Positions 8,121-15,538 of a DNA stretch of 49,759 bases are shown here, piece after piece (within the stretch, counting starts at the first letter, position 1; the number at the start of each line of letters is the position of its first letter). Under the pieces are notes generated by a model. It did no database searches and had not been told where the DNA came from. It worked only from the letters and a program-made list of their open reading frames with translations. The stretch spans positions 1 to 49,759 of IMG/VR virus record IMGVR_UViG_3300037483_000961; one strand, written 5' to 3'. Origin of the DNA: a virus (taxonomy: Duplodnaviria > Caudoviricetes). The position numbers and the translations under genes were made by a program.

Positions 8121-8291
8121 TTTCCGTTCCGGCCTTGCGTAGCCATGCCCCGCCTATCCTTGTCTTGTCCGGCCCCGCCATGCGTAGCCATGCCCCGCCT
8201 GCCTCGTATCGCCACGCCGTGCCTTACCCAGCCGATCCGCGCCTGCCTTGTGTCGCCACGCCTTTCCGGTCCGTGCCTTACCCTGCCTGCC
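8121..8291 (-). repeat. Pentamer-periodic GGH-NN array 1 (candidate guide-RNA array)
   Basis: 171 nt parse exactly as 31 pentamers plus 4 tetramer delimiters (GGCA x3, GGCC); starts ~22 nt after the accessory gene stop. Confidence 0.9.
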
Positions 8292-8313
8292 GTGTACTAA
8301 AACTTAAAAACTT

Positions 8314-8796
8314 TTACCCTGTAGTCTTGATCTTATCTCGAACTTTTTCGATAACACTTGTCACCATTTTGATTTCGTCACCAAGACCTAACACTTCAGC
8401 AACACCTCTTGCTCTGTTTATTGCTGCATCGGCTCGATCAATTTCCATCATCAATGCACTAATTGCGCGATCTCGATCGTTTCGAAGATCCGCAGCTCGC
8501 GCATATCCTTGCTGGTTTCCTCCAACATCAGGGCTACGAACAAACTCAGGTAAAATCTTTCCTTTCGGACTAAAAGAAACCGTTTCGTATGTAACCAAAA
8601 TTCTTACTCCGCGAATAATACGACGAGCTGTTTCCCGCCAAGCCTGCATAGCAGCCTGATTAACATCCCAATTAAATTGACTGTGCAACGGAGAATTTTC
8701 CTGTTTTGCATCAGCAATTACAATATCAGGCGTTATTCTGCCATGTTGGTTGTATAATTCACGAATCCTATTTTCAACCAAAAGCCTTTGATCCAC
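8314..8796 (-). CDS. Accessory protein of the Cas7-like/pentamer-array locus
   Basis: Start overlaps the stop of the RAMP-like gene; ITPDIVIADAK..NSPLHSQFNWD...AA...R..ARRIIR motif; function unknown. Confidence 0.8.
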   Translation of the reverse strand: MDQRLLVENRIRELYNQHGRITPDIVIADAKQENSPLHSQFNWDVNQAAMQAWRETARRIIRGVRILVTYETVSFSPKGKILPEFVRSPDVGGNQQGYARAADLRNDRDRAISALMMEIDRADAAINRARGVAEVLGLGDEIKMVTSVIEKVRDKIKTTG

Positions 8797-9560
8797 TAAA
8801 CCACCCCCTTGAAACCTCTCTTATCTACTTCACCTACAAACCACGAAAGAAGTTCTTCTGTTTCTTCGTCATACGGTTCTGCTCTGTCCATTCCTGCAAT
8901 CTGGACATCTCGTCCACCTTCAGACATAATCTTTTGAAAACGAATATCTTCAGGATCTACGATTTCAAACTGTCCATACGTACCTGATCCCTTTTCTGGC
9001 CTCCAATCGCCTACTCCTTGGATAAGACCTGCGGCAGAAAAAAGGTTAAAAACGACTGTTTCCTTCAAAATCGGTGTAGGGAAAGCAACTGTTACCTTTG
9101 CTGCCCATTCGGGTACAATACAACGAGTACGGACATCCGGTGTTCGAGCCATGTCAGAACTTCGAGTAATACTCATAAAAAGCTTAGGAATTCCATAAAT
9201 TCCAATCTTTTCCCCTTCAACCCACATAAGACGAGACATTTGTGCCTTCTTAGCGCCAGGGATATCCAATGCTGCGCTGGCGATTGATCGCTTAAACGCT
9301 GTTGACAAATGTGCCAAAAGGGTCGGCGCTGTTTCATCCTTGAGAATATAAGGAGAAGAACGGAATTCCTCAAACGGATTGTGCTTCAGTCCTGAAGCCT
9401 TTTCAGCAGAGGTCTTTCTACCAGACGGCATCAACAACTGGTGTCGAGCCTTTTCCGCAAGTCGATTAAGAATAATCGGTGTACGACCGAGAACGCAAAA
9501 ATCAACTCGGGCCATGTTGATTTCCATCGAAACAATTTCTGTCTGATCTTTTGTAGCCAC
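8796..9560 (-). CDS. Stand-alone Cas7-like RAMP-fold protein
   Basis: GTG start after AGGAGG; beta1 + TP (VDFCVLGRTPIILN), helix AFKRSIASAA, thumb-like segment then PEWAAKVTV, C-terminal glycine loop GLIQGVGDWRPEKGSGTYGQF. Confidence 0.75.
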   Translation of the reverse strand: MATKDQTEIVSMEINMARVDFCVLGRTPIILNRLAEKARHQLLMPSGRKTSAEKASGLKHNPFEEFRSSPYILKDETAPTLLAHLSTAFKRSIASAALDIPGAKKAQMSRLMWVEGEKIGIYGIPKLFMSITRSSDMARTPDVRTRCIVPEWAAKVTVAFPTPILKETVVFNLFSAAGLIQGVGDWRPEKGSGTYGQFEIVDPEDIRFQKIMSEGGRDVQIAGMDRAEPYDEETEELLSWFVGEVDKRGFKGVV

Positions 9561-9605
9561 TGCTACCTCCTATTTTTGTAACTCCATATGAAGTTAATTT
9601 GCAAC

Positions 9606-9634
9606 AACTTACATTATTCCCAAACATAAGTCAA
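9606..9634 (-). promoter_or_regulatory. Possible sigma70 promoter for the RAMP-array operon
   Basis: TTGACT-17 nt-TAAGTT, ~45 nt upstream of the GTG. Confidence 0.4.
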
Positions 9635-9774
9635 GCTGTTTCGGATTTTTCTATAAAAACTATTTCAAAGAGCCTGAAGCACAACGTAAAAATTCATTCG
9701 TACCTTACAATAGTACATTTTTTATTGGAATTCCGTGTGCTTCGTTGCTCTTGGAATAATGTAAACACAGTTTA

Positions 9775-10356
9775 TCATGAATCAGAATTGTTGTCAAGTC
9801 CTTTTAGAATAATAAAGCTCATTATTGTATCAATCTTACGAAACAATTGATCTCGGGAACCTGAATTATCTACTATAAAATCTCCCATAATACGATCTGC
9901 TTCTTTTTCTGATGGATGGTCATCTGTTTCATCCCCTCGTCCAATCATTTTTATTATATATCCACCTCTTTTTCCAATTTCCGAAACCTCAGTATCAGGA
10001 AATCGAACATCGGATATTGATATATTCTGACCTTGGTAGTCTTTGAATAATCTTTTTACCCATAGAGTCCTTCCTGTTTCCTTTTCGAATTCAGGATATA
10101 CAGCAGGCAAGAGCTTCTGCGCCCACTCAGTACCTATATTCTGTGCAATTTGCCTAGGGGATATTCCATAGAACGGATCAATTTGTTCCTTTAGTACCTC
10201 GTCTTCAAAAATAGATATATCCCATCCGAATGCAATACATGCCATTTGTTTTATAGGATGTGCAAAAGATGTTTGTTTATAATCATACTTTGCTTCCAAA
10301 TACGATGCTACGGTGTTTTTACCGGATCTTTTTCGGCCTGCTATTCCTACAATCAA
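9775..10356 (-). CDS. Deoxynucleoside monophosphate kinase (T4 gp1-like)
   Basis: IVGIAGRKRSGKNT P-loop, SFAHPIK, PRQIAQ.IGTE, ISDVRF, H.SE. Confidence 0.9.
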   Translation of the reverse strand: MIVGIAGRKRSGKNTVASYLEAKYDYKQTSFAHPIKQMACIAFGWDISIFEDEVLKEQIDPFYGISPRQIAQNIGTEWAQKLLPAVYPEFEKETGRTLWVKRLFKDYQGQNISISDVRFPDTEVSEIGKRGGYIIKMIGRGDETDDHPSEKEADRIMGDFIVDNSGSRDQLFRKIDTIMSFIILKGLDNNSDS

Positions 10357-10762
10357 GCTCTTCCTCCTGAATCATTTGATCTGTCACATAAAATAATTTA
10401 TCATCGTCGTCCTCGGCCAATGTCGGAGTGGCTATTGTTAACTCTCTGACGATCCAACTAATATAGGAGCTTCTTCGTCCCGTCAATCTGGATAACTCAT
10501 CTTCAGTAATGAATGGATGCAGTTCAATTGCTGTTTGAACCTCCTTCATGAGTTTTTCCTTCGTTACGCAAAAAAATTCCTGTAGAAATGAGATGTCCTC
10601 ATCGTTCACAATATTATCTTTCCCAAAGCCAAACCTATTGCAAACTCTTTTTACTTCTCGATACTTTCTATTGAGGTCTTTTGCGACATGGTGAATATTC
10701 ATTGTAACCTCTATCGTATATTTATTCATAATTATTATAGCACAAAAAAATAATCTTGTCAA
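10319..10762 (-). CDS. Hypothetical protein, possible HTH
   Basis: True start probably downstream (MNIHH, after GAGG) because the track start lies inside the promoter; helical ITEDELSRLTGRR segment. Confidence 0.6.
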   Translation of the reverse strand: MTRLFFCAIIIMNKYTIEVTMNIHHVAKDLNRKYREVKRVCNRFGFGKDNIVNDEDISFLQEFFCVTKEKLMKEVQTAIELHPFITEDELSRLTGRRSSYISWIVRELTIATPTLAEDDDDKLFYVTDQMIQEEELDCRNSRPKKIR

Positions 10763-10816
10763 GTCACAAATTAGACATTTTTTAATATTGACTTTTTTTT
10801 ATGGCTGTGCTATAAT
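10734..10816. promoter_or_regulatory. Divergent back-to-back sigma70 promoters at the strand switch
   Basis: Minus: TTGACA(10762-57)-17-TATAAT(10739-34). Plus: TTGACT(10788-93)-17-TATAAT(10811-16). Both have TGn extended -10. Confidence 0.85.
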
Positions 10817-10848
10817 TACAGTGGACAATTCTATCTTTCGGAGGAACT

Positions 10849-12798
10849 ATGAGAGAAAAAAGAAAGGCACTAAAGCAGGGAGAAGTTAACCTATTTAGTC
10901 CTGAGCAGTATGTATTTGAAGAAATGGAAGAAAATATCTGGGAACACCAATTTAACGTGTCTTCTCATTATTTCAATGAGGAAATCGCAATTAAATACGG
11001 AATAGTCGAAGCAGTAATTTTACAATCTATTGCTTTTTGGATCAAAGAAAACAAGAAAAAATCAATAAACTTTCACCACGGTCTCACTTGGACCTATAAT
11101 TCGGTCAAGGAGATGAAAGAAAAAAGACACAAATATCTGACAGAAGACCAAATCAGGTACGCCCTGGAGGGCCTTGTAAACAAAGGGGTACTCATAAAGG
11201 CCAATCTGAACTCCTGGGCAGCAGACAGAACTCTCTGGTATACGATTATTGATCCATATGTGAGATCCGCTTTTGGACTGCCTTCTTATGCCTTATCTTG
11301 CTTCGATTTTCCCATTTGGGAAAAGACGAAATCCCATTTGGGAAAATCCATAAATGGGGATTCCCATTCCGTAAATTCCCAAATGGATTTGGGAAAATCC
11401 ACAAATGGATTTGGGAAAATCCACAAAGCAATACCAGTTAATAGTAACAAGTTAATAGACAGTCAGATACTAGTATCAATTATTTATCTAAAGATAAATA
11501 ATTCATCAAGCCCAGATTACCCGCTACCGCAGGTAATCCAGGAACCGGATTCAGGAGTCGCTATCGCTCCGCCTGAACCGTTCCCTGTGTTAACTTCGTC
11601 GTCTTCGACTGATTCAAAAAAGCAAAAAGAAACATTATTCGAAACATCAGAAACAATATCTTCCCTGCCTATTAAAAATAATAAACCAATATTCGGCTCG
11701 GCGTTGCCCCCGGCTCGGCCCTCGCTTGTTACGTCACCGAATAAAAAGCTTGTCAAACTAACAACCCGAGAAGCTTTGTTTATTCCTGTCATAGAATTTT
11801 GGAACAAGAAAGCTTCAGAACTCAAAGAGGACAAAATCAATACTCCTGGAATGTATGGTGGATGTCCGAATGTATCCGTTATGAAAATTGATAATTCTGG
11901 ATTTGCGTCAAAAAGCGCAAAAAGCGTTCTTCAGAAAATGGTTCTGTTGGATGCTGGTACCTTTTTCCAACAATACAAAACCATTACCCGATGCACGCAA
12001 CTTCCTGCATTGCGCCACAACACTAAACAAGGATCGTTTACTGAGTCAAAATACAACATTGATGCTATTTTGATGGTTTTGGAAGCTTACTGGCTGAATT
12101 ATAGCCCTGAGTACATGCCTATTAGCAAATCTGCCTTAGCCACAACTATCCATGAGTTCTTTGGTCCAGGAAACGGAGGGAAAAACCAAGATCACAACAC
12201 CACATCATGGTTCTACGAGACCCTTCATCGTCCTGCCGTAAGAAACACAATAGGCGCAAATGGTCTGGAAAGAGTTAAGCAGGATTTCAAAGATGAGATA
12301 ACCAAGATTCATTCTATTTGCGAGGATCTGAAAATTCAACAGCGTAAGCATGTTGCAGAAGAAGTTGTAGCGAGTTTATTCGATGAGTACAACAGGGTAA
12401 ACAGAATTCTAAGTCCGTTGTACATTGATACAGGTTTGAACAATGAGTATGTTCATGCTTTTGGGAATTTCAAAACATATCTGAACGGATTTATTTCTTT
12501 CACTTTGTCCCATTTTGATAAAGTATGGGCTTCACACTTTAGACCGGAAAGGCCTACTTACAGGGAACAATTCAAATCCGCTGTCATGACCAAATACGGG
12601 TTTAACATTTTACCAAATAACTTGGAAGTAAAAAAGCTTGCCCTTGTACGATCTCAGATATTAATCAATCGCGGATGGAAAAACGAAGAAGACCAGATGT
12701 ATGTTGATGGTGAAGTTTCAGGCTATTTTGTTGATGAAGGTTCGATGATAGAGACCGGGAAAATTATTCCTTGGTGGAAACTGGCATCTATTGGGTAA
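10849..12798 (+). CDS. Putative replication initiator (N-terminal winged-helix, phage replisome-organizer-like)
   Basis: IAIKYGIVEAVIL...FWI..N...WTYNS...QIR.AL..LV.KG...DRTLWYTI N-terminal domain; internal DNA repeats; S/P-rich linker. Confidence 0.7.
   Translation: MREKRKALKQGEVNLFSPEQYVFEEMEENIWEHQFNVSSHYFNEEIAIKYGIVEAVILQSIAFWIKENKKKSINFHHGLTWTYNSVKEMKEKRHKYLTEDQIRYALEGLVNKGVLIKANLNSWAADRTLWYTIIDPYVRSAFGLPSYALSCFDFPIWEKTKSHLGKSINGDSHSVNSQMDLGKSTNGFGKIHKAIPVNSNKLIDSQILVSIIYLKINNSSSPDYPLPQVIQEPDSGVAIAPPEPFPVLTSSSSTDSKKQKETLFETSETISSLPIKNNKPIFGSALPPARPSLVTSPNKKLVKLTTREALFIPVIEFWNKKASELKEDKINTPGMYGGCPNVSVMKIDNSGFASKSAKSVLQKMVLLDAGTFFQQYKTITRCTQLPALRHNTKQGSFTESKYNIDAILMVLEAYWLNYSPEYMPISKSALATTIHEFFGPGNGGKNQDHNTTSWFYETLHRPAVRNTIGANGLERVKQDFKDEITKIHSICEDLKIQQRKHVAEEVVASLFDEYNRVNRILSPLYIDTGLNNEYVHAFGNFKTYLNGFISFTLSHFDKVWASHFRPERPTYREQFKSAVMTKYGFNILPNNLEVKKLALVRSQILINRGWKNEEDQMYVDGEVSGYFVDEGSMIETGKIIPWWKLASIG
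11308..11428. repeat. Iteron-like repeats, candidate replication origin inside the initiator gene
   Basis: Four ATTTGGGAAAA copies (11314, 11336, 11387, 11409; two pairs spaced 22 bp) plus inverted TTCCCA half-sites. Confidence 0.7.
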
Positions 12799-12951
12799 TA
12801 TATAATCACAGACAAAAGAATGAATCCTGTTTTCTGCTTCATATAGCCCCGTGGTGAGGCTTTACAGGATATTTTAGAGTATGGATACCACTTAGAAAAA
12901 ACAGGCTCCTAAAAAGCCTGTTTTATGAGTTAGTTATTTTTCAAATACGGC

Positions 12952-12980
12952 TTGACATAATGTTTGTGGTGTGTTATTAT
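12952..12980 (+). promoter_or_regulatory. sigma70-type promoter for the recombinase-SLT-array 2 unit
   Basis: TTGACA-17-TATTAT with TG extension. Confidence 0.7.
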
Positions 12981-13002
12981 GTTTTTGAAATCAGGAGGCA
13001 AC

Positions 13003-13908
13003 ATGACTGAAATAGCGCAAATCAACAGTGCCAATGTGAGCCAACTAACTCAGGAGCAAATTCAGTATGTAATGAATGTATTGAAATTTGAGGAAGCGAA
13101 AGCAAATGTGAAAAAATCATTAGTTAAGCAGGACATGGATATGAGAGCCTTGCTGGATACGTTCCTTGCTCAAAAAAGCATTAATACTCAGAAAACGTAT
13201 CGACCAATTATTCTTGATTTTCTGAACAACGTGTCTCATGTTGTGGATATTACCCCTGTGTTTGTGGATCAGTATATCGAAGAGTTGACAACAAGGTTCT
13301 CACCGGCAACAGTGAGATTAAAGATTTCTGCCTTGAGTAGTTTTGTTTCCAAGATCGTTAGGTGGCAGTACTTGGATCGAAATCCGTTTATTGGATGTGA
13401 GTTGCCCAAAGATGAAAACACTGAAGTGGTGGTTCCGACACAAGAAGAAGTGGTTGCCATATTGGATTACGCTCAAGTTGCTGATAGAAAAATAGTTTTT
13501 GATTCGGTTACCCTGATGTCTGAGCTTGGTGTGCGGGTCGGTGCAATAGAAAAATTGTTCATAGATGTGGAAAAATTGGTATTCGAAAGTGAATCTAAAG
13601 GAAAGAGAATATCAGGAAAGATTTCACAGGACATTCTGGATAAGTTAAATATCCATGAATCTGGTTTTCATTTTTCCCGATATAACAAACCTTTGATACA
13701 GTTTCATCTTGACAAGTGTGTATCGTACCTTGCAAAAATAGGTAAAGTACAAAATAAGATACACGCTCATAGTTTTAGGCATTTTTATGCAGTCAAATTG
13801 TATAAATATACAAAAGATATCTATGAAGTGAGCAGAAAATTACACCATAGTAGTGTTACAATTACGCAACGATATCTACGTTCGATAAATTTACTGGAGG
13901 AACTATGA
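13003..13908 (+). CDS. Tyrosine recombinase (XerC/D-like)
   Basis: ATG 13003 after AGGAGG; SAM-like N-domain; catalytic R (GVRVG), K, HSFRH, H (LHHSS), Y (TQRYL). Confidence 0.9.
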   Translation: MTEIAQINSANVSQLTQEQIQYVMNVLKFEEAKANVKKSLVKQDMDMRALLDTFLAQKSINTQKTYRPIILDFLNNVSHVVDITPVFVDQYIEELTTRFSPATVRLKISALSSFVSKIVRWQYLDRNPFIGCELPKDENTEVVVPTQEEVVAILDYAQVADRKIVFDSVTLMSELGVRVGAIEKLFIDVEKLVFESESKGKRISGKISQDILDKLNIHESGFHFSRYNKPLIQFHLDKCVSYLAKIGKVQNKIHAHSFRHFYAVKLYKYTKDIYEVSRKLHHSSVTITQRYLRSINLLEEL

Positions 13909-14531
13909 GGCATAATACGATTTTACTATTTTTGTGCATGGCGGTAATTAGTTTGGCACCGTTTGGTTATACTAACGTTTCCGATGTAGCCGACCAAGTA
14001 AGTCAGCAAATCGAATATCAATCATTACCAAATTCACCCAGGGATAGAGATGTTGCTCAGTTTTTGTTTGAGTATAACATTGAGTTGGAATTCTGGCTAG
14101 AAGTAATTCCTAATAAAGAACTTGTGTATCAAGTTGTGGATAGTCGTTTGGGTGTTCCAAGATCGTTGGTGTTTGCATTGGTAGCAACAGAAAGCCAGTT
14201 TGTTTCTCATGCAGTAGGAAGAAATCCTGTATCAAAGGATTACGGTTTGTTTCAGTTGAATTCTGTTACGTATAGTGCCTATTCTGTTACTCAGTTGTTG
14301 GATGAAAATGTGAATATTTCTTTAGGACTTAAGCATTTATACGATGAAATGAAGCGGTTTGATTGGGACATGGAGTTGGCTGTAAAGGCGTACAATGCTG
14401 GGCCGTACAGGGTGAGAAAAGGAACTGAGCCTGAATCAACGAAAAGATATTCTCAAAAAGTATTGACACAGAAAGAGAACTATGATATCATGTTTAAAGA
14501 GTTTCGAGCTTCCTTTGGGAAGTATCGTTAA
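13905..14531 (+). CDS. Lytic transglycosylase (SLT domain) with N-terminal signal
   Basis: ALVATESQF (catalytic E), GLFQLN, AYNAG motifs. Confidence 0.9.
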   Translation: MRHNTILLFLCMAVISLAPFGYTNVSDVADQVSQQIEYQSLPNSPRDRDVAQFLFEYNIELEFWLEVIPNKELVYQVVDSRLGVPRSLVFALVATESQFVSHAVGRNPVSKDYGLFQLNSVTYSAYSVTQLLDENVNISLGLKHLYDEMKRFDWDMELAVKAYNAGPYRVRKGTEPESTKRYSQKVLTQKENYDIMFKEFRASFGKYR

Positions 14532-14552
14532 GGTTTTTCAGTTTTAGTACAC

Positions 14553-14816
14553 GGCAGGCAGGGTAAGGCACGGACCGGAAAGGCGTGGCAGGAGAGGCAA
14601 GGTTTGGAATGGCTCGGATGGGACAGGCAAGACAACGCAGGAATGGAATGACAAGGCTCGGAACGGCCCGACAGGGTGATACGAGGCAGGCGCGGATTGG
14701 CTTGGAGCGACCAGGACTGGTGAGTCGGGGCAGGACGGGCAGGGCAAGGAATGGCTCGGATGGGACAGGCAAGACATGATAAGGCATGGCCGGGCGCAAC
14801 GAGGCAGGAACGGAAA
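14553..14816 (+). repeat. Pentamer-periodic GGH-NN array 2 (orphan candidate guide-RNA array)
   Basis: 264 nt parse exactly as 48 pentamers plus 6 tetramer delimiters (GGCA x5, CGCA); 14540-14589 is identical to the reverse complement of 8255-8304. Confidence 0.9.
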
Positions 14817-14818
14817 TT

Positions 14819-14872
14819 AACCACAAAAGCAGAATTTAGTAGAGTGATCTACTGTTTTCTGCGGATGTGGTT
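14819..14872 (+). ncRNA. Conserved 3' hairpin of pentamer array 2
   Basis: AACCACA/TGTGGTT, GCAGAA/TTCTGC, AGTAGA/TCTACT helices with compensatory changes versus the array 1 copy. Confidence 0.7.
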
Positions 14873-14895
14873 GGTTTGAAACTATAGGAGTCAAG

Positions 14896-15132
14896 ATGAG
14901 AAATGTTCAAAATTTAACAGCAAATGAGATACTAAATGCGACAAAACCTCACCATATATTCACCCGAGATAACTATAAAAATGAATACAGATTATTGGCA
15001 AAAAAATGGCACCCAGATGCAGGTGGCGACGATCAAGTTTTTCAACATATTGCTATTTTGTACAGTGAGGCGGAAAAATCAATATCCGACCATCACTGGG
15101 GGTTTGCTGGATCTTACGAGGATTCCAAGTAG
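14896..15132 (+). CDS. Small J-domain protein
   Basis: YRLLAKKWHPD motif; AGGAG RBS; 78 aa, possibly truncated. Confidence 0.75.
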   Translation: MRNVQNLTANEILNATKPHHIFTRDNYKNEYRLLAKKWHPDAGGDDQVFQHIAILYSEAEKSISDHHWGFAGSYEDSK

Positions 15133-15172
15133 GATGGACACAAGCTATATCTTTGAAAAATAAGGAAACAAA

Positions 15173-15499
15173 ATGAAGTGGACCGTAAGCAAACATATTC
15201 AAGAAAAGATAACAATGCTGTCTATGACCATAGATATGGCTATGATTATTTTCGAACAATTGAGGAGTAACCATAATATTGTAGCTCTTATCAGGAGAAA
15301 ACTCGAACGAAGAGAAATAGCTGAGGTACCTATAGAATCCATTCACGATAAATATCTTGAATGTTTACATAAAACAGGATTGCATTATTATTTTTTCCCA
15401 TCTTACGGAGCTATTCCGTTTGCTTGGAGTCCTAATATGTGGTTTGTAAATTTCTTATCAGAGAACAATATAGAAATTTATGAACAAATATTACGATAA
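15173..15499 (+). CDS. Hypothetical protein
   Basis: 108-aa ORF, AAGGA RBS. Confidence 0.6.
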   Translation: MKWTVSKHIQEKITMLSMTIDMAMIIFEQLRSNHNIVALIRRKLERREIAEVPIESIHDKYLECLHKTGLHYYFFPSYGAIPFAWSPNMWFVNFLSENNIEIYEQILR

Positions 15500-15538
15500 G
15501 GGATTGCACAACTTGCAATATTATGGTATACTTGGTGA

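Noticed and set aside
8121-8291. Classical CRISPR array next to the Cas7-like gene
   Set aside because: No 23-47-nt direct repeats separated by unique spacers here or elsewhere in the window
8135-8659. 174-aa plus-strand ORF across array 1
   Set aside because: Antisense shadow of the accessory gene and GC-rich array; a 5-nt period is not a codon-based repeat
12829-12841. TTTTCTGCTTCA match to the array 1 trailer
   Set aside because: A 12-nt AT-rich match with no flanking similarity or pentamer structure; compatible with chance
13003-13908. Integron integrase for the attC cassette
   Set aside because: The spacing between catalytic boxes leaves no room for the IntI-specific insertion, and the gene is ~17 kb from the cassette
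14553-14816. Simple microsatellite or G-quadruplex tract as the sole explanation
   Set aside because: Units are not identical, G is avoided at the third position, and ordered delimiters, leader and trailer are shared by two loci; two-tier G4 formation is not excluded but does not explain the grammar
14494-14826. Four overlapping ORFs (Pro/Cys/Arg-rich or Gly/Arg-rich) over array 2
   Set aside because: Stop-free frames are a by-product of GGH-NN composition; no RBS, and conservation between the two arrays follows RNA structure rather than a reading frame
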